Source of the DNA: Minisyncoccota bacterium
Lineage (GTDB): Bacteria > Patescibacteriota > Minisyncoccia > Phycocordibacterales > GCA-2747955
Length of the DNA: 52,614 nucleotides
Direction: 5' to 3'
Assembly: GCA_020628915.1 (NCBI GenBank)
Contig: JAHDEI010000004.1
Coordinates: forward strand, 1-52,614
This document shows positions 7,974 through 17,368 of the stretch, piece by piece. The notes below the pieces were generated by a model that worked only from the letters and a program-made list of their open reading frames with translations, did not search any database and was not told the origin of the DNA. Position numbers and translations under genes: made by a program. Position 1 is the first letter of the stretch. Each line of letters starts with the position of its first letter.

Positions 7974-8021
7974 TGCTCGGTTTTTCAATTTAAAAGGCCG
8001 CCCGGATTGGCGGCCTTAATA

Positions 8022-8468
8022 TCAGTCAAAGATTTTACGCTTTAATAATTTAGCTTTAGCTGTATGCAGAGGGTGGTGATAAATTTTTCCCTCATCAATC
8101 ATAAACTCAATTATCGCGTGAGGCTTTAGTGCATATACACTATGAGCCTTTGTGGCTTCTGGGGATTCCCACGAGCCGTATTGAAATCTTAGAGGAACTT
8201 TAACACTTCTACCGATAGAAATGGTATGTGGCTTATCACTGTTTGTCTGCCATATTCCCATCCAGTTATGTAGGAAGAACTCAAGCACTATTCCTTCGTT
8301 TCTGTAAGAGAACTTGATTTCTCTTTCGGAAATGCGCTCCGCGACGATGCCGCTCATATTACGAGGCATTTGGTTTATTCCAACTATTAGACTTGTTGTT
8401 ACAACAGCTACAACTTCGGTTTCAAGTGCTGAAAGCGTTGCGTTGTCTTTTTTCCCAAAAATCTTCAT
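8022..8468 (-). CDS. Hypothetical protein (148 aa)
   Basis: Clean ORF with a GC-rich terminator downstream (AAGGCCGCC..GGCGGCCTT, 7994-8017). No family recognised. Confidence 0.6.
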   Translation of the reverse strand: MKIFGKKDNATLSALETEVVAVVTTSLIVGINQMPRNMSGIVAERISEREIKFSYRNEGIVLEFFLHNWMGIWQTNSDKPHTISIGRSVKVPLRFQYGSWESPEATKAHSVYALKPHAIIEFMIDEGKIYHHPLHTAKAKLLKRKIFD

Positions 8469-8612
8469 TTTTTACTCCGTATTTGAAGAATGGCGTATTA
8501 GCCAACTCAACCATTTGTTGAGTATATTAATTATACTTATATATTAAATTAATGTCAAGTATTAAGTTCACATTTGTTATAATCTTTTTATTAATCATCT
8601 AACTACATAGAT

Positions 8613-9152
8613 ATGGCAGGACACAGTAAGTGGGCGAACATTAAACACAAAAAAGCGATTGTAGATGCAAAACGAGGGAAGGTTTTTACTAAAATGTCGA
8701 AACTCATTACTATTGCGGTTAAGGAATCGAATGGAGACGTAAATTCAGCAAAAGTACAGGCTGCAGTTGATCTTGCAAAAAAAGCAAACGTCCCTAAAGA
8801 TAATATTGAACGTGCAATTAAAAAGGCATCAGACAAAGACGCAGCAACCCTAGAAGAAGTGGTATATGAAGGATACGGACCAGGGGGCGTGGGACTCATG
8901 ATTGTTGCGCTGACCGATAATCGAAACAGAACGGGCCAAGAAGTAAAACACGCGTTTTCAAAAAGTGGGTTTGCGCTTGGGGCGCAAGGATCAGTTTCGT
9001 GGGGCTTCTCAAGAAATGAAGAGATGGAGTTTGTTCCAAATGCTGGGACAGAAATTTCGATTAGTGATGAAGACGCAGAAAAGCTCGGCACACTTGTTGA
9101 CGCTTTTAATGAACTAGATGATGTATCTGATGTATACGTAAATGTTCAGTAG
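8613..9152 (+). CDS. yebC: YebC/PmpR family DNA-binding regulator, short form (179 aa)
   Basis: MAGHSKWANIKHKKA..DAKRGK N-terminus is diagnostic. YEGYGPGGV and TDNRNRT motifs are present. About 60 aa shorter than typical members. Confidence 0.9.
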   Translation: MAGHSKWANIKHKKAIVDAKRGKVFTKMSKLITIAVKESNGDVNSAKVQAAVDLAKKANVPKDNIERAIKKASDKDAATLEEVVYEGYGPGGVGLMIVALTDNRNRTGQEVKHAFSKSGFALGAQGSVSWGFSRNEEMEFVPNAGTEISISDEDAEKLGTLVDAFNELDDVSDVYVNVQ

Positions 9153-9274
9153 AAACAGGGAGAAAAATAGAAGCTCCGCTTCTTTTTTTTGACCATGTTT
9201 TACTAATGTAGAAATGTGTTTTTAATAAAAAAATACATTTGCTGCCAAGGTAAATTTTTAGGCAATCCTTCTCT

Positions 9275-9283
9275 TGTTACAAT
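9275..9283 (+). promoter_or_regulatory. Extended -10 (TGtTACAAT) 7 nt upstream of the murB ATG
   Basis: TGTTACAAT at 9275-9283, ATG at 9291. Confidence 0.5.
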
Positions 9284-9290
9284 ACATTCA

Positions 9291-10322
9291 ATGAATTACT
9301 TAACTATTCAAAATAACGTCTCTTTAACAGACCAAAATACGTTTGGGCTGCCGTGGCAGAGCCGCTTTTTTTGTGTAGTAGATACTGAGAAACAGGTCGC
9401 ACTGGCGCTTGCCTTTGCTAAACAAAAGAAAACCCCTGCTCTTGTTTTGGGGGGAGGATCAAATTTGCTTCCGACAAAAAAGTATCAGGGGCTTGTTATC
9501 AAAAATGAAATCAAAGGAAAAGGTATTGTCAAAGAGACAAATAATTTTGTATGGGTTCGTGTAGGTGCCGGAGAAGACTGGCACCAGTTTGTTTTGTGGT
9601 CGATTCGCAACAACTATTTTGGATTGGAAAACATGTCGTTAATCCCTGGAACAGTAGGAGGTGCAGTAGTACAAAATATTGGCGCGTATGACGTAGATAT
9701 CCAAAGATACATAACCAAAGTAGAAGCCTACAAATTAGAAACAGGAAAGAAGAAGGTTTTTGAGCGCGCAGACTGTCAGTTTGATTATAGAAATTCAATT
9801 TTCAAAAAATCTGACGAATGGATGGTTGTTGGTGTCACCATGAAATTACCAAAAACATTTAGACCGGTTTTAACATACAAACCACTAGCGCGCCTAAAGA
9901 CAAAAAAAGGATTAACTGCCAAACAGGTCTCACAAGAGGTATGCAAAATCAGGAGATCAAAATTACCAGATTGGAAGAAGCTGGGAACTGCAGGATCTTT
10001 TTTTGGCAATCCACGAGCTGCACAGTCTGTGGTGGATCGACTAAAAAAATCTTATCCAGATATGCCAGTGTTTTATAACTATGGATCAAATAAGGCAACC
10101 ATACCTGCAGGCTGGCTGATTCAGCATTCGAGATTATCGGAAAAAGACAGGCAAGAATTTTTATATCCAAAACATAGCCTGATTGTGGTGAACAATCACA
10201 AGGGGAGCAAGAAGCAGCCAAGGAATCATGCCTTGAGGACAAAAAATTTTGTCATGCGCGTTCAAAAACAGGTACAAAAAGACTTTGGAATCACTCTTAA
10301 ACCAGAGGTCAGAATGTTTTAA
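9291..10322 (+). CDS. murB: UDP-N-acetylenolpyruvoylglucosamine reductase MurB
   Basis: FAD-binding PCMH-type N-terminal half (NTFGLP.., VLGGGSNLL, GAGEDWHQFV, GLENMSLIPGTVGGAVVQNIGAYD) and a MurB C-terminal domain (GSFFGNP). Start moved to 9291 (MNYLTIQNN). Confidence 0.9.
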   Translation: MNYLTIQNNVSLTDQNTFGLPWQSRFFCVVDTEKQVALALAFAKQKKTPALVLGGGSNLLPTKKYQGLVIKNEIKGKGIVKETNNFVWVRVGAGEDWHQFVLWSIRNNYFGLENMSLIPGTVGGAVVQNIGAYDVDIQRYITKVEAYKLETGKKKVFERADCQFDYRNSIFKKSDEWMVVGVTMKLPKTFRPVLTYKPLARLKTKKGLTAKQVSQEVCKIRRSKLPDWKKLGTAGSFFGNPRAAQSVVDRLKKSYPDMPVFYNYGSNKATIPAGWLIQHSRLSEKDRQEFLYPKHSLIVVNNHKGSKKQPRNHALRTKNFVMRVQKQVQKDFGITLKPEVRMF

Positions 10323-10518
10323 ATTAGCCCACTTTTACTAAAAAAATCAAGTTATCCACAGATTTGATTGAAAAAACGACGTAACTTAGCTATATTTAGC
10401 CATTTTACTATTTTGACAGCATGTCAAATTGCGCGTATATTTAATATATTAGCTCTTTGACTTAGACGTTATTTGAGCATTCTACATTAACAATATTTCA
10501 AGCCAAGGGAGGCATATT

Positions 10519-11406
10519 ATGAAAAATTTGTTACTGAAAACCGTGCTTCTTTTGAGTTGCACATCAGCTTTTGTTTCCACGAGTGCTTTTGCTCAAACCC
10601 AGATGGCTTCTCTCGAGTTGGCTGATATTAAGCCAACCTACGATAATCCAGAAATGGCAAAGGGAGTCATTTTCGGTACTGACAATCGTATTGAAATTGA
10701 ACAGCCATATTTTGCTGGGAAATTGAGTGCCATGAAAGGTAATGTTTGCGGGATCACTCTTGTAAATGTCTGGAAAGAGGACTGGACCAGAGGCATGTAT
10801 GCGGTTACCGCAGCACACTGTCTTGTGAAGAATGAATTCAAAGAATACAGTTCTCAAAATAAGCCAGTTTATACTCGAACCAAATTTGTTACGGCAAAGG
10901 CAGAGTTTTATCAAAATGGAAACGATATTACTCTAACGCTTGATGAGAGCGACCTTGTGTATATGAATTACGCAGTTGGCCAGAAACAAGACTATGGTTA
11001 TGACATTGCAATCTTTGATGTAACCTCCGTTTCCAATGGCCTTATGGCTATTGAGTGGGGTACCCCAGAATTTTATGAACCTATCCATCTGGTTGCTCAT
11101 ACTATTAAGTATAAGTATTCAGCAGGAGGCACTCGTTATTCTGAGAGTACGTTCACAGCCACAAGTTGTTTTGGGTATGATATGCCCGAAAAATCGGTCA
11201 CGCAAGCAAAACACACGGTGTTAAATACAGATTGTGATCTGTCACAAGGAACATCTGGAGGCTCTGCTATTGTGCTGAGGAATAACCAGCCTGTTTTCAT
11301 TGGTCCAGCTTCGCATTTTTTTGTTCAGGAAAAGAACTATGCCGAATTTAGGCCAGGGAATGACGGTGCGGTTGTTGCTTCGGTTATGTATACTGAGCTC
11401 AATTAG
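10519..11406 (+). CDS. Secreted trypsin-like (S1 family) serine protease
   Basis: Signal peptide MKNLLLKTVLLLSCTSAFVSTSAFA. His motif VTAAHCL, Asp in YDIAIFDV, Ser motif GTSGGSA. GGGAGG RBS. Confidence 0.8.
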   Translation: MKNLLLKTVLLLSCTSAFVSTSAFAQTQMASLELADIKPTYDNPEMAKGVIFGTDNRIEIEQPYFAGKLSAMKGNVCGITLVNVWKEDWTRGMYAVTAAHCLVKNEFKEYSSQNKPVYTRTKFVTAKAEFYQNGNDITLTLDESDLVYMNYAVGQKQDYGYDIAIFDVTSVSNGLMAIEWGTPEFYEPIHLVAHTIKYKYSAGGTRYSESTFTATSCFGYDMPEKSVTQAKHTVLNTDCDLSQGTSGGSAIVLRNNQPVFIGPASHFFVQEKNYAEFRPGNDGAVVASVMYTELN

Positions 11407-11419
11407 CACTCTAATGATA

Positions 11420-11448
11420 ACGCCCACCAATAATAGTGGGCGTTTTTC
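11420..11448 (+). terminator. Intrinsic terminator
   Basis: ACGCCCAC-caataata-GTGGGCGT followed by TTTTT. Confidence 0.8.
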
Positions 11449-11450
11449 TT

Positions 11451-11459
11451 TGTTATACT
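11451..11459 (+). promoter_or_regulatory. Extended -10 (TGtTATACT) 6 nt upstream of the ruvC ATG
   Basis: TGTTATACT at 11451-11459, ATG at 11466. Confidence 0.5.
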
Positions 11460-11465
11460 TTTTTT

Positions 11466-11948
11466 ATGAAAGTAATCTCAATTGATCCAGGATACGAACG
11501 CCTAGGCATCGCAGTTATTTCAAAAGATTTTAAAGGTAAAGAAGAACTTATTTTTTCTGAGACATTTAAGACTTCTCCTGCTGATGAATTCACCGAAAGG
11601 TTATTACAATTAGGAAATCGTTTGGATCAACTCATTATCAAATACAACCCAGATGCTTTTGCGATCGAGAATCTTTTTATGTCGAATAACCAAAAAACGG
11701 CAATGAATGTGTCCGAAGCGCGAGGCGCACTTTTATATGTTGCAAAAAAACACAATCTAGAAATCGCAGAGTTTACGCCTTTGCAGATCAAGACAGCAGT
11801 TGCGGGTCACGGACGTGCAGACAAAAAGGCAGTAATTGATATGACACAAAAGCTTATCAAGATTCCAAAAGGGAAGCGTCATGATGATGAATATGATGCA
11901 ATTGCTTGCGGATTGACGTTTTTTGCATATTACAAGAGGCCAGTCTAA
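11466..11948 (+). CDS. ruvC: Crossover junction endodeoxyribonuclease RuvC
   Basis: MKVISIDPGYERLGIAVI (catalytic Asp), AIENLF (Glu), and HDDEYDAIA (C-terminal acidic pair). Confidence 0.93.
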   Translation: MKVISIDPGYERLGIAVISKDFKGKEELIFSETFKTSPADEFTERLLQLGNRLDQLIIKYNPDAFAIENLFMSNNQKTAMNVSEARGALLYVAKKHNLEIAEFTPLQIKTAVAGHGRADKKAVIDMTQKLIKIPKGKRHDDEYDAIACGLTFFAYYKRPV

Positions 11949-12021
11949 GAGAGTGGATTTGTGGCAAACGTATTTTTCGCGTAAAATATTTTTATATTAG
12001 TTAAATATATATATTTAGATT

Positions 12022-12453
12022 ATGGACAATCAAAATGATGATTCAATGATGGACATGGCATCAGATGCAGCAGAAGCAGTTGTTGATGCAGCAAATACAG
12101 ACGTTGCAGACGTAGCGGCTGGAGCAGCAGATATGGCTGGCGACGCTGCTGACGCAGCTGGAGATATGGCAGCAGAAGGAGTAGAAATAGTAGCTGACGC
12201 AGCTGGAGATGCAATGGATGCTATGGGAGACGCTGCAGGGGCAGCAGCAGATATGGCTGGCGACGCAGCAGCTGGAGCAATGGACATGGCATCAGACGCA
12301 GCCGGGGCAGTTGTAGACGCAGCAAATACAGACGTTTCTGATCTTGCCGAAGGCGCAGTTGATGCGGTGGCAGGAGCAGCAGCAGGAGTTATGGGAGCTG
12401 TTGGTTCAATGCTTGGGATGGATGACAAAGAAGAGGAGCAAGACACTGAATAA
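12022..12453 (+). CDS. Highly acidic Asp/Ala/Gly/Met-rich repeat protein (143 aa), function unknown
   Basis: Low-complexity D/A/G/M repeats with an internal duplication 231 nt apart (MDMASDAA..VVDAANTDV at nt 12049 and 12280). The opposite strand is also open, so strand choice rests on the downstream terminator and the acidic coherent repeat. Confidence 0.5.
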   Translation: MDNQNDDSMMDMASDAAEAVVDAANTDVADVAAGAADMAGDAADAAGDMAAEGVEIVADAAGDAMDAMGDAAGAAADMAGDAAAGAMDMASDAAGAVVDAANTDVSDLAEGAVDAVAGAAAGVMGAVGSMLGMDDKEEEQDTE

Positions 12454-12566
12454 GCCAAAAAACAAGTTTTCATAGACTTATTATTATGAGAAACTAAGAA
12501 AAAACACCGTACGGTGTTTTTTCTTTACAGCAACGTTAATATATAGTATTATTTCGCACATATTTT

Positions 12567-15500
12567 ATGTCTTTCTTTCAGAAAATTTTTAAAATAAAAA
12601 AACGACAGACACCTTCGTATACAGACAGGTTTCTTAAACGTGGACCAAAGGTCTACAAGCAAAAAACATTAACTAAAAAAGACTCTTCCACAAAAAGGGG
12701 GGATCTTGATCTGAGACAGAAAACAAGCACTCAACCTCAAGTTCAATCAAAACCTACACCAATTACGCCACGGCCTATTCGGACTACTTCTCGACCAACA
12801 GTAAACCTTAAGCCGATTGGTGGTGGGGCAGTTTCACTCTTAAAGACGATAGCCACAGCAATCGCCGCACTTGTTATATTGGCATGGAACGCAGCAGTGA
12901 CATTAATTGAACTATTGGCTGAAGGAGCAATTGATTTATTCTTTATACTAAGGCGCGCTCTTGGGTGGAGCCTTGCTTTTGCAGCGGCGCTACTAGGGGC
13001 TGTATTTGGCGGACTCTCTTTGCCAAAATTCAAATTGCCAGAGATTAGATTACCAGACGTTCGTGTTCCTAAAATTGACGTTGACAAGAAAGATAGGAGA
13101 ACGATTCCTGAGGTTTCTTTACCAAGCTTTTTCAAAAAACGATTTTCTGATAACGAGCAAGGGAGGAGTACCATAGAGGAAGTATTCGAAACAGAAGAAA
13201 TTGAAGAAATTTCAGTGGTTGGAATGGAATCTTCTGAAAGACGAGGAATCGGAGAGAGATTTAATATTCAGTGGAGTAACAAAAGATTTTTGGGGATGAA
13301 ACTTCCACAGTGGTTAGCACGAGAGGTTGATTTAGGTCTTTTAACCACGGAAGTAAAACCTCTACAAAAAAACCATTTCCCTCCTGTTTTATTTACAGAG
13401 GTTAATACTCCTAATATTGGAATTCCAAAAACTACCTGGTTGCAAAATATTTACAAATGGTTGATGGGGCTCTTTGGAGGCATGTGGGGGCTGTTGCTAG
13501 CTGCGTTTACCGCGGCAACTTCTCTACTTTCTGGTTTGTTCTTCTGGCGCAAACAGCCTACAATGAAAGTATCTCAAACTGCTCTAGAGCAGGACGCAGA
13601 GGACGCTACTGTTCAGCGACCTGTCTCTCGACCAAAAAAGAAGAGAACTTGGTTTAGTATTATGAAAAAACTATTTATTCTTGGCTGTATTCTTGGATTC
13701 TTGGCCGTTGGGTCATTTCTCATTTGGGTATCAACACTCGAGGTTCCTGAGCTTGGCGACTTTGCTGCGCGAAACGTTTCTCAATCAACTAAAATTTTTG
13801 ATAAAACAGGACAGGTTTTGTTGTATGACGTATTTCGTGAAGAGAGGAGAACGGTCGTGCCCTTAACCGAGATTTCTGAAAATATGCAAAAGGCAATTTT
13901 AGCCACCGAAGATGATGAATTCTATAATCACCACGGAGTACGGCCGACAGCACTAATTCGATCAATTCTTACAAAAATTAGGAATCCAAATCAACGACTT
14001 GCAGGAGGATCAACAATTACTCAGCAGGTAATCAAAAACTCTATTTTGACAAACGAACGAAGAATCGAGCGTAAAGTAAAAGAATGGATTCTTGCATGGA
14101 AACTAGAAAATCAATTACCAAAAGATAAAATTCTTGAAATTTACCTTAACGAAATTGCATTTGGAGGAAGCGTCTATGGGGTGGAACAAGCTGCTCTTTC
14201 ATTTTTTGAAAAACATGCGTTTGAATTATCAATTGCAGAAGCTGCGTATCTCGCTGCTGTTCCAAAAGCGCCAACATTTTATTCTCCGTACGGAGCAAAC
14301 AGAGACCGACTAGAGGGAAGAAAAGACTATATTCTTGGGCGGATGTTCTCTCTTGGGTATATCAGTCAAAAACAATATGACGATGCGAGAGCAGAAGAGG
14401 TTGAATTCAAGATTCGCGAAGACGAGGGAATTAAAGCACCACACTTTGTTTTCTACGTGATTGAACAACTAGAAGACCAATATGGAACCGAAGTGTTGGA
14501 AAAAGGAGGGCTACGAGTGATCACTACTCTAGATTGGGATCTACAAAAAAATCTCGAAAAAGTAACATCTGACTACGCAAAAGTTTTGCCACAGTTTAGG
14601 GCAGAAAATCTCGCTGCCGTAGCAATTGAAGTAGAGACGGGAAAAATTATTGGAATGGTTGGTTCTAAAGGGTATTTTGCTGAAGACATTGACGGTAAAT
14701 TTAATGTTGCAACCGCGTTTAGACAACCAGGATCTACATTTAAACCTTTCGTGTATGCGCAAGCCTTCGAAGAGGGGTATACACCACAAACTGTTTTGTG
14801 GGATGTTAAGACAGAATTTTCTACTTCTTGTTTCCCAGACGGAACACCATTATTGCCGCAATACGCTGATCGATGTTATTCGCCGAAAAACTTTAGCAAC
14901 AACACTGTGGGTCCAGTATCAATGCAGTCTGCATTAGCACGATCATTTAACATCCCTGCGGTGAAAACTTTGTACCTGACTGGAGTGAAAGATTCTATTA
15001 ATATGGCAAAGAAATTGGGTGTTACTGGACTGAACAAATCACCAAGCTATTATGGTCTTAACCTAGTGCTCGGAGGTGGTGAAGTACGGCTGCTGGATAT
15101 GACTTCGGCGTATTCAGTATTTGCAAACGAAGGAAAGAAAAACCGACCAGTAGCAATTGCACGAGTGATGGACAAAGATGGTCGAACGCTAGAACAATAT
15201 GAAAAGAAAACGCAACAAGTCATGACAGCAAACGTTGCTCGAATGATTAATGAGATTCTTTCAAATGACGATTTAAAGAGACCCACATTTGGTTCTAGGT
15301 CGGTCTTGTATCACTCCAACGCCCAAGTTGCTGTGAAGACAGGAACAACTAACTCTTTTAAAGATACATGGACGGTAGGATACACTCCACAAGTTGCAGT
15401 TGGTGTTTGGGTTGGAAATAATGATAACCGGCCAATGGCAGAAAAACCATCCTCCACCGTTGCTGCTCCGTACTGGAGAAAAGCAATGGACGCTGCTCGA

Positions 15501-16205
15501 GCGCAATACAAATCAACTCGTTTTGCTGCTCCAACGTATCCTGACCCATCAACATTACCTCCTGTTTTACAAGGAGTTTGGAAGGGGAACCAAGGATTTT
15601 ATATTGACACAGCTACAGGAGAGCCTGCTGGTCCAGATACGCCTGAAGAGCAAAAAGAACTGAGGTATCTCATTGATTACCGTTCAATTTTGCACTGGGT
15701 TAATAAAACCTCTCCGCGTTCGGGTGGATCTTCGCAATCAGACCCTCTCTACAGCCATTGGGAGTATTCAGTTGCTCGTTGGGCACAGGCTGCAGGCCTA
15801 CAAACAGCTGAGTCTCAACAACACCAGTTGACGACGAGCACTTCAACGGAGGCTACATCAACCGAACCAGCAGCTCCAGAAGAGACTGTTACAGAACCAG
15901 TGGTTGATACATCAAAACAACCGCTAGACTTTGAATTTGTTTCGCCGGTAAATCGATCAGCGGTTGATGCTGATGAGCGTCAAACTATTGAAATTAAAGT
16001 AACATCGGGTTCAAAACGAGACATTGAACGTATTTTCTATTATGTAAATGGAACATATCTTGGTTCAGGTGGTTCTTCTCAAACAAAAACATCATTTATC
16101 CCAAGCAAAATCAAAACAATTCAAAATACTAATGTTGTAAGGGTTATTGTGAAGAAGAAAGACGACCAAAAAATCGAAAAAGAAATTCTCTTCCAAATTC
16201 AATAG
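12567..16205 (+). CDS. Class A penicillin-binding protein (GT51 transglycosylase plus transpeptidase) with long N- and C-terminal extensions
   Basis: GT51 motifs EDDEFYNHHGV, GGSTITQQ, RKVKEW. Transpeptidase motifs STFKP, SFN, KTGTT. About 385 aa precede the membrane anchor that normally starts such proteins. Confidence 0.93.
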   Translation: MSFFQKIFKIKKRQTPSYTDRFLKRGPKVYKQKTLTKKDSSTKRGDLDLRQKTSTQPQVQSKPTPITPRPIRTTSRPTVNLKPIGGGAVSLLKTIATAIAALVILAWNAAVTLIELLAEGAIDLFFILRRALGWSLAFAAALLGAVFGGLSLPKFKLPEIRLPDVRVPKIDVDKKDRRTIPEVSLPSFFKKRFSDNEQGRSTIEEVFETEEIEEISVVGMESSERRGIGERFNIQWSNKRFLGMKLPQWLAREVDLGLLTTEVKPLQKNHFPPVLFTEVNTPNIGIPKTTWLQNIYKWLMGLFGGMWGLLLAAFTAATSLLSGLFFWRKQPTMKVSQTALEQDAEDATVQRPVSRPKKKRTWFSIMKKLFILGCILGFLAVGSFLIWVSTLEVPELGDFAARNVSQSTKIFDKTGQVLLYDVFREERRTVVPLTEISENMQKAILATEDDEFYNHHGVRPTALIRSILTKIRNPNQRLAGGSTITQQVIKNSILTNERRIERKVKEWILAWKLENQLPKDKILEIYLNEIAFGGSVYGVEQAALSFFEKHAFELSIAEAAYLAAVPKAPTFYSPYGANRDRLEGRKDYILGRMFSLGYISQKQYDDARAEEVEFKIREDEGIKAPHFVFYVIEQLEDQYGTEVLEKGGLRVITTLDWDLQKNLEKVTSDYAKVLPQFRAENLAAVAIEVETGKIIGMVGSKGYFAEDIDGKFNVATAFRQPGSTFKPFVYAQAFEEGYTPQTVLWDVKTEFSTSCFPDGTPLLPQYADRCYSPKNFSNNTVGPVSMQSALARSFNIPAVKTLYLTGVKDSINMAKKLGVTGLNKSPSYYGLNLVLGGGEVRLLDMTSAYSVFANEGKKNRPVAIARVMDKDGRTLEQYEKKTQQVMTANVARMINEILSNDDLKRPTFGSRSVLYHSNAQVAVKTGTTNSFKDTWTVGYTPQVAVGVWVGNNDNRPMAEKPSSTVAAPYWRKAMDAARAQYKSTRFAAPTYPDPSTLPPVLQGVWKGNQGFYIDTATGEPAGPDTPEEQKELRYLIDYRSILHWVNKTSPRSGGSSQSDPLYSHWEYSVARWAQAAGLQTAESQQHQLTTSTSTEATSTEPAAPEETVTEPVVDTSKQPLDFEFVSPVNRSAVDADERQTIEIKVTSGSKRDIERIFYYVNGTYLGSGGSSQTKTSFIPSKIKTIQNTNVVRVIVKKKDDQKIEKEILFQIQ

Positions 16206-16265
16206 AGAGCGCTGCGGAGTATTCCACTTTTTGGCTTACTTTTTTTGTGATACGATGATAAACAT

Positions 16266-16379
16266 ATGACAGATGAAGTACAATTCCGAGCAATGACGCC
16301 AGAAGAGCGTGCAGCTGCAGAGGCAAAGCTCGAAGAAGATGAAGCAAATGCAGGGATCTGCATCAGCTGTGGGAGCTAA
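16266..16379 (+). CDS. Possible small protein (37 aa, MTDEVQFRAMTPEERAAAEAKLEEDEANAGICISCGS)
   Basis: TGaTACGAT extended -10-like at 16248-16256 lies 9 nt before the ATG. Terminator hairpin AGCGATGACC..GGTCATCGCT follows at about 16400-16423. Too short for the ORF track. Confidence 0.3.
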   Translation: MTDEVQFRAMTPEERAAAEAKLEEDEANAGICISCGS

Positions 16380-16426
16380 GTATTTAGTAGTAAGAAAAAA
16401 GCGATGACCAAGGGTCATCGCTTTTG

Positions 16427-16924
16427 TTATTTGTTGTAATATATTTGCCTGAAATCATCCAACAATTTATCAAATGTATCTTGTGGTAGGGGGCCAAGCC
16501 TTGGAAATTCATGAGGGTAATTTCTGTTCCACGGCTTTCCACTAACCATGATTGATAAAGAAGGTCCGTCAAGTGGACGGACAGAATGCCATCCGTGAGG
16601 CTCAATCATTTCGTATGCCGAGTCCGCTGCTAATTCTAGTGTTGCTGCTGCAGGAGGACCCTCATCAGTTGTGCTATATCCTATTTCCATACGGTATTTG
16701 CCAGAAAGAATTCTCATTGCAGAAGGCCATGTGTGTGGGTGCAGTAAAGATTCTCCGGGTTTACACGGATGTATTCTATGCAAACTAATTCGGTAATCTC
16801 CCCATTGTCTCCAGAGACGCTCTACAATTGGAGGGTAATAGTCAATATAGAGACTATTCCAACCTGATTCGTCTCTGAGCATTTTCGGCAATGCTTTTTC
16901 CGCAGAGGCTAAAATTTCTAACAT
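16427..16924 (-). CDS. Hypothetical protein (165 aa)
   Basis: Clean ORF. The His-rich HPHTWPS..HGWH pattern could fit a cupin-like metal site, but I do not recognise the family. Confidence 0.6.
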   Translation of the reverse strand: MLEILASAEKALPKMLRDESGWNSLYIDYYPPIVERLWRQWGDYRISLHRIHPCKPGESLLHPHTWPSAMRILSGKYRMEIGYSTTDEGPPAAATLELAADSAYEMIEPHGWHSVRPLDGPSLSIMVSGKPWNRNYPHEFPRLGPLPQDTFDKLLDDFRQIYYNK

Positions 16925-17011
16925 ATTTTGGTCCTTTCATCTGAACAAATTATACTCAAGATCCTGCATTTGTAAATTAAACGAGAGTGTTTTGATATAA
17001 TCCATCTCACT

Positions 17012-17338
17012 ATGAACAGAATGATAATAATTGTGGGAGGTATTGTGATTTTTGTGGTCTTGATAATTGTATTAGCAGGCATGTACAAATTTAATTATCT
17101 TGCCAATCAGCCGGGTTACGATGTGGATGGGAACAAGACACCAATTACTGGAGTAGACACTTCTGCGTTGATCGGGATGACCATAGAACAAGGCCAAGAA
17201 TTCGCAAAACAAAACGATACATTTTTTCGTGTAATAAAAAAAGATGGCCAACATTTGCCAGCAACTATGGATTATAGGCCTGGACGAATTAATGCAGAGA
17301 CAGAGAACGGAGTAATCACAGGTTTCACAATTGAATAA
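17012..17338 (+). CDS. Membrane-anchored peptidase-inhibitor I78-like protein
   Basis: N-terminal TM helix. The C-terminal FFRVIKKDGQHLPATMDYRPGRINAETENGVITGFTIE matches the I78 pattern (R-V-I..G...T-M-D-Y-R..R-L/I-N). Confidence 0.55.
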   Translation: MNRMIIIVGGIVIFVVLIIVLAGMYKFNYLANQPGYDVDGNKTPITGVDTSALIGMTIEQGQEFAKQNDTFFRVIKKDGQHLPATMDYRPGRINAETENGVITGFTIE

Positions 17339-17346
17339 AATAAAAA

Positions 17347-17368
17347 CAAAAACGGCACATGCCGTTTT
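17347..17368. terminator. Bidirectional terminator hairpin
   Basis: AACGGC-acat-GCCGTT flanked by an A-run and a T-run. Confidence 0.7.

Noticed and set aside
12040-12440. Periodic repeats that might be mistaken for a CRISPR array or a tandem DNA repeat element.
   Set aside because: The repeats are in-frame, of variable length and GC-rich. They encode a coherent repeat protein, and no repeat-spacer organisation or cas genes occur anywhere in the window.
12030-12473. A 147-aa Ala/Ser/Pro-rich ORF antisense to the acidic repeat gene. Similar long antisense ORFs occur at 22336-22668, 22437-22700 and 22845-23189 (opposite the coiled-coil gene), at 8603-9091 (opposite yebC), at 7293-7685 (opposite the HD gene), at 42784-43323 (opposite prs) and at 51765-52085 (opposite the DUF3179 gene).
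   Set aside because: These are shadow ORFs created by low-complexity or biased codon composition on the opposite strand of genes with recognisable products. They have no RBS or promoter of their own. Only the 12030-12473 case stays ambiguous, and it is flagged in the findings.
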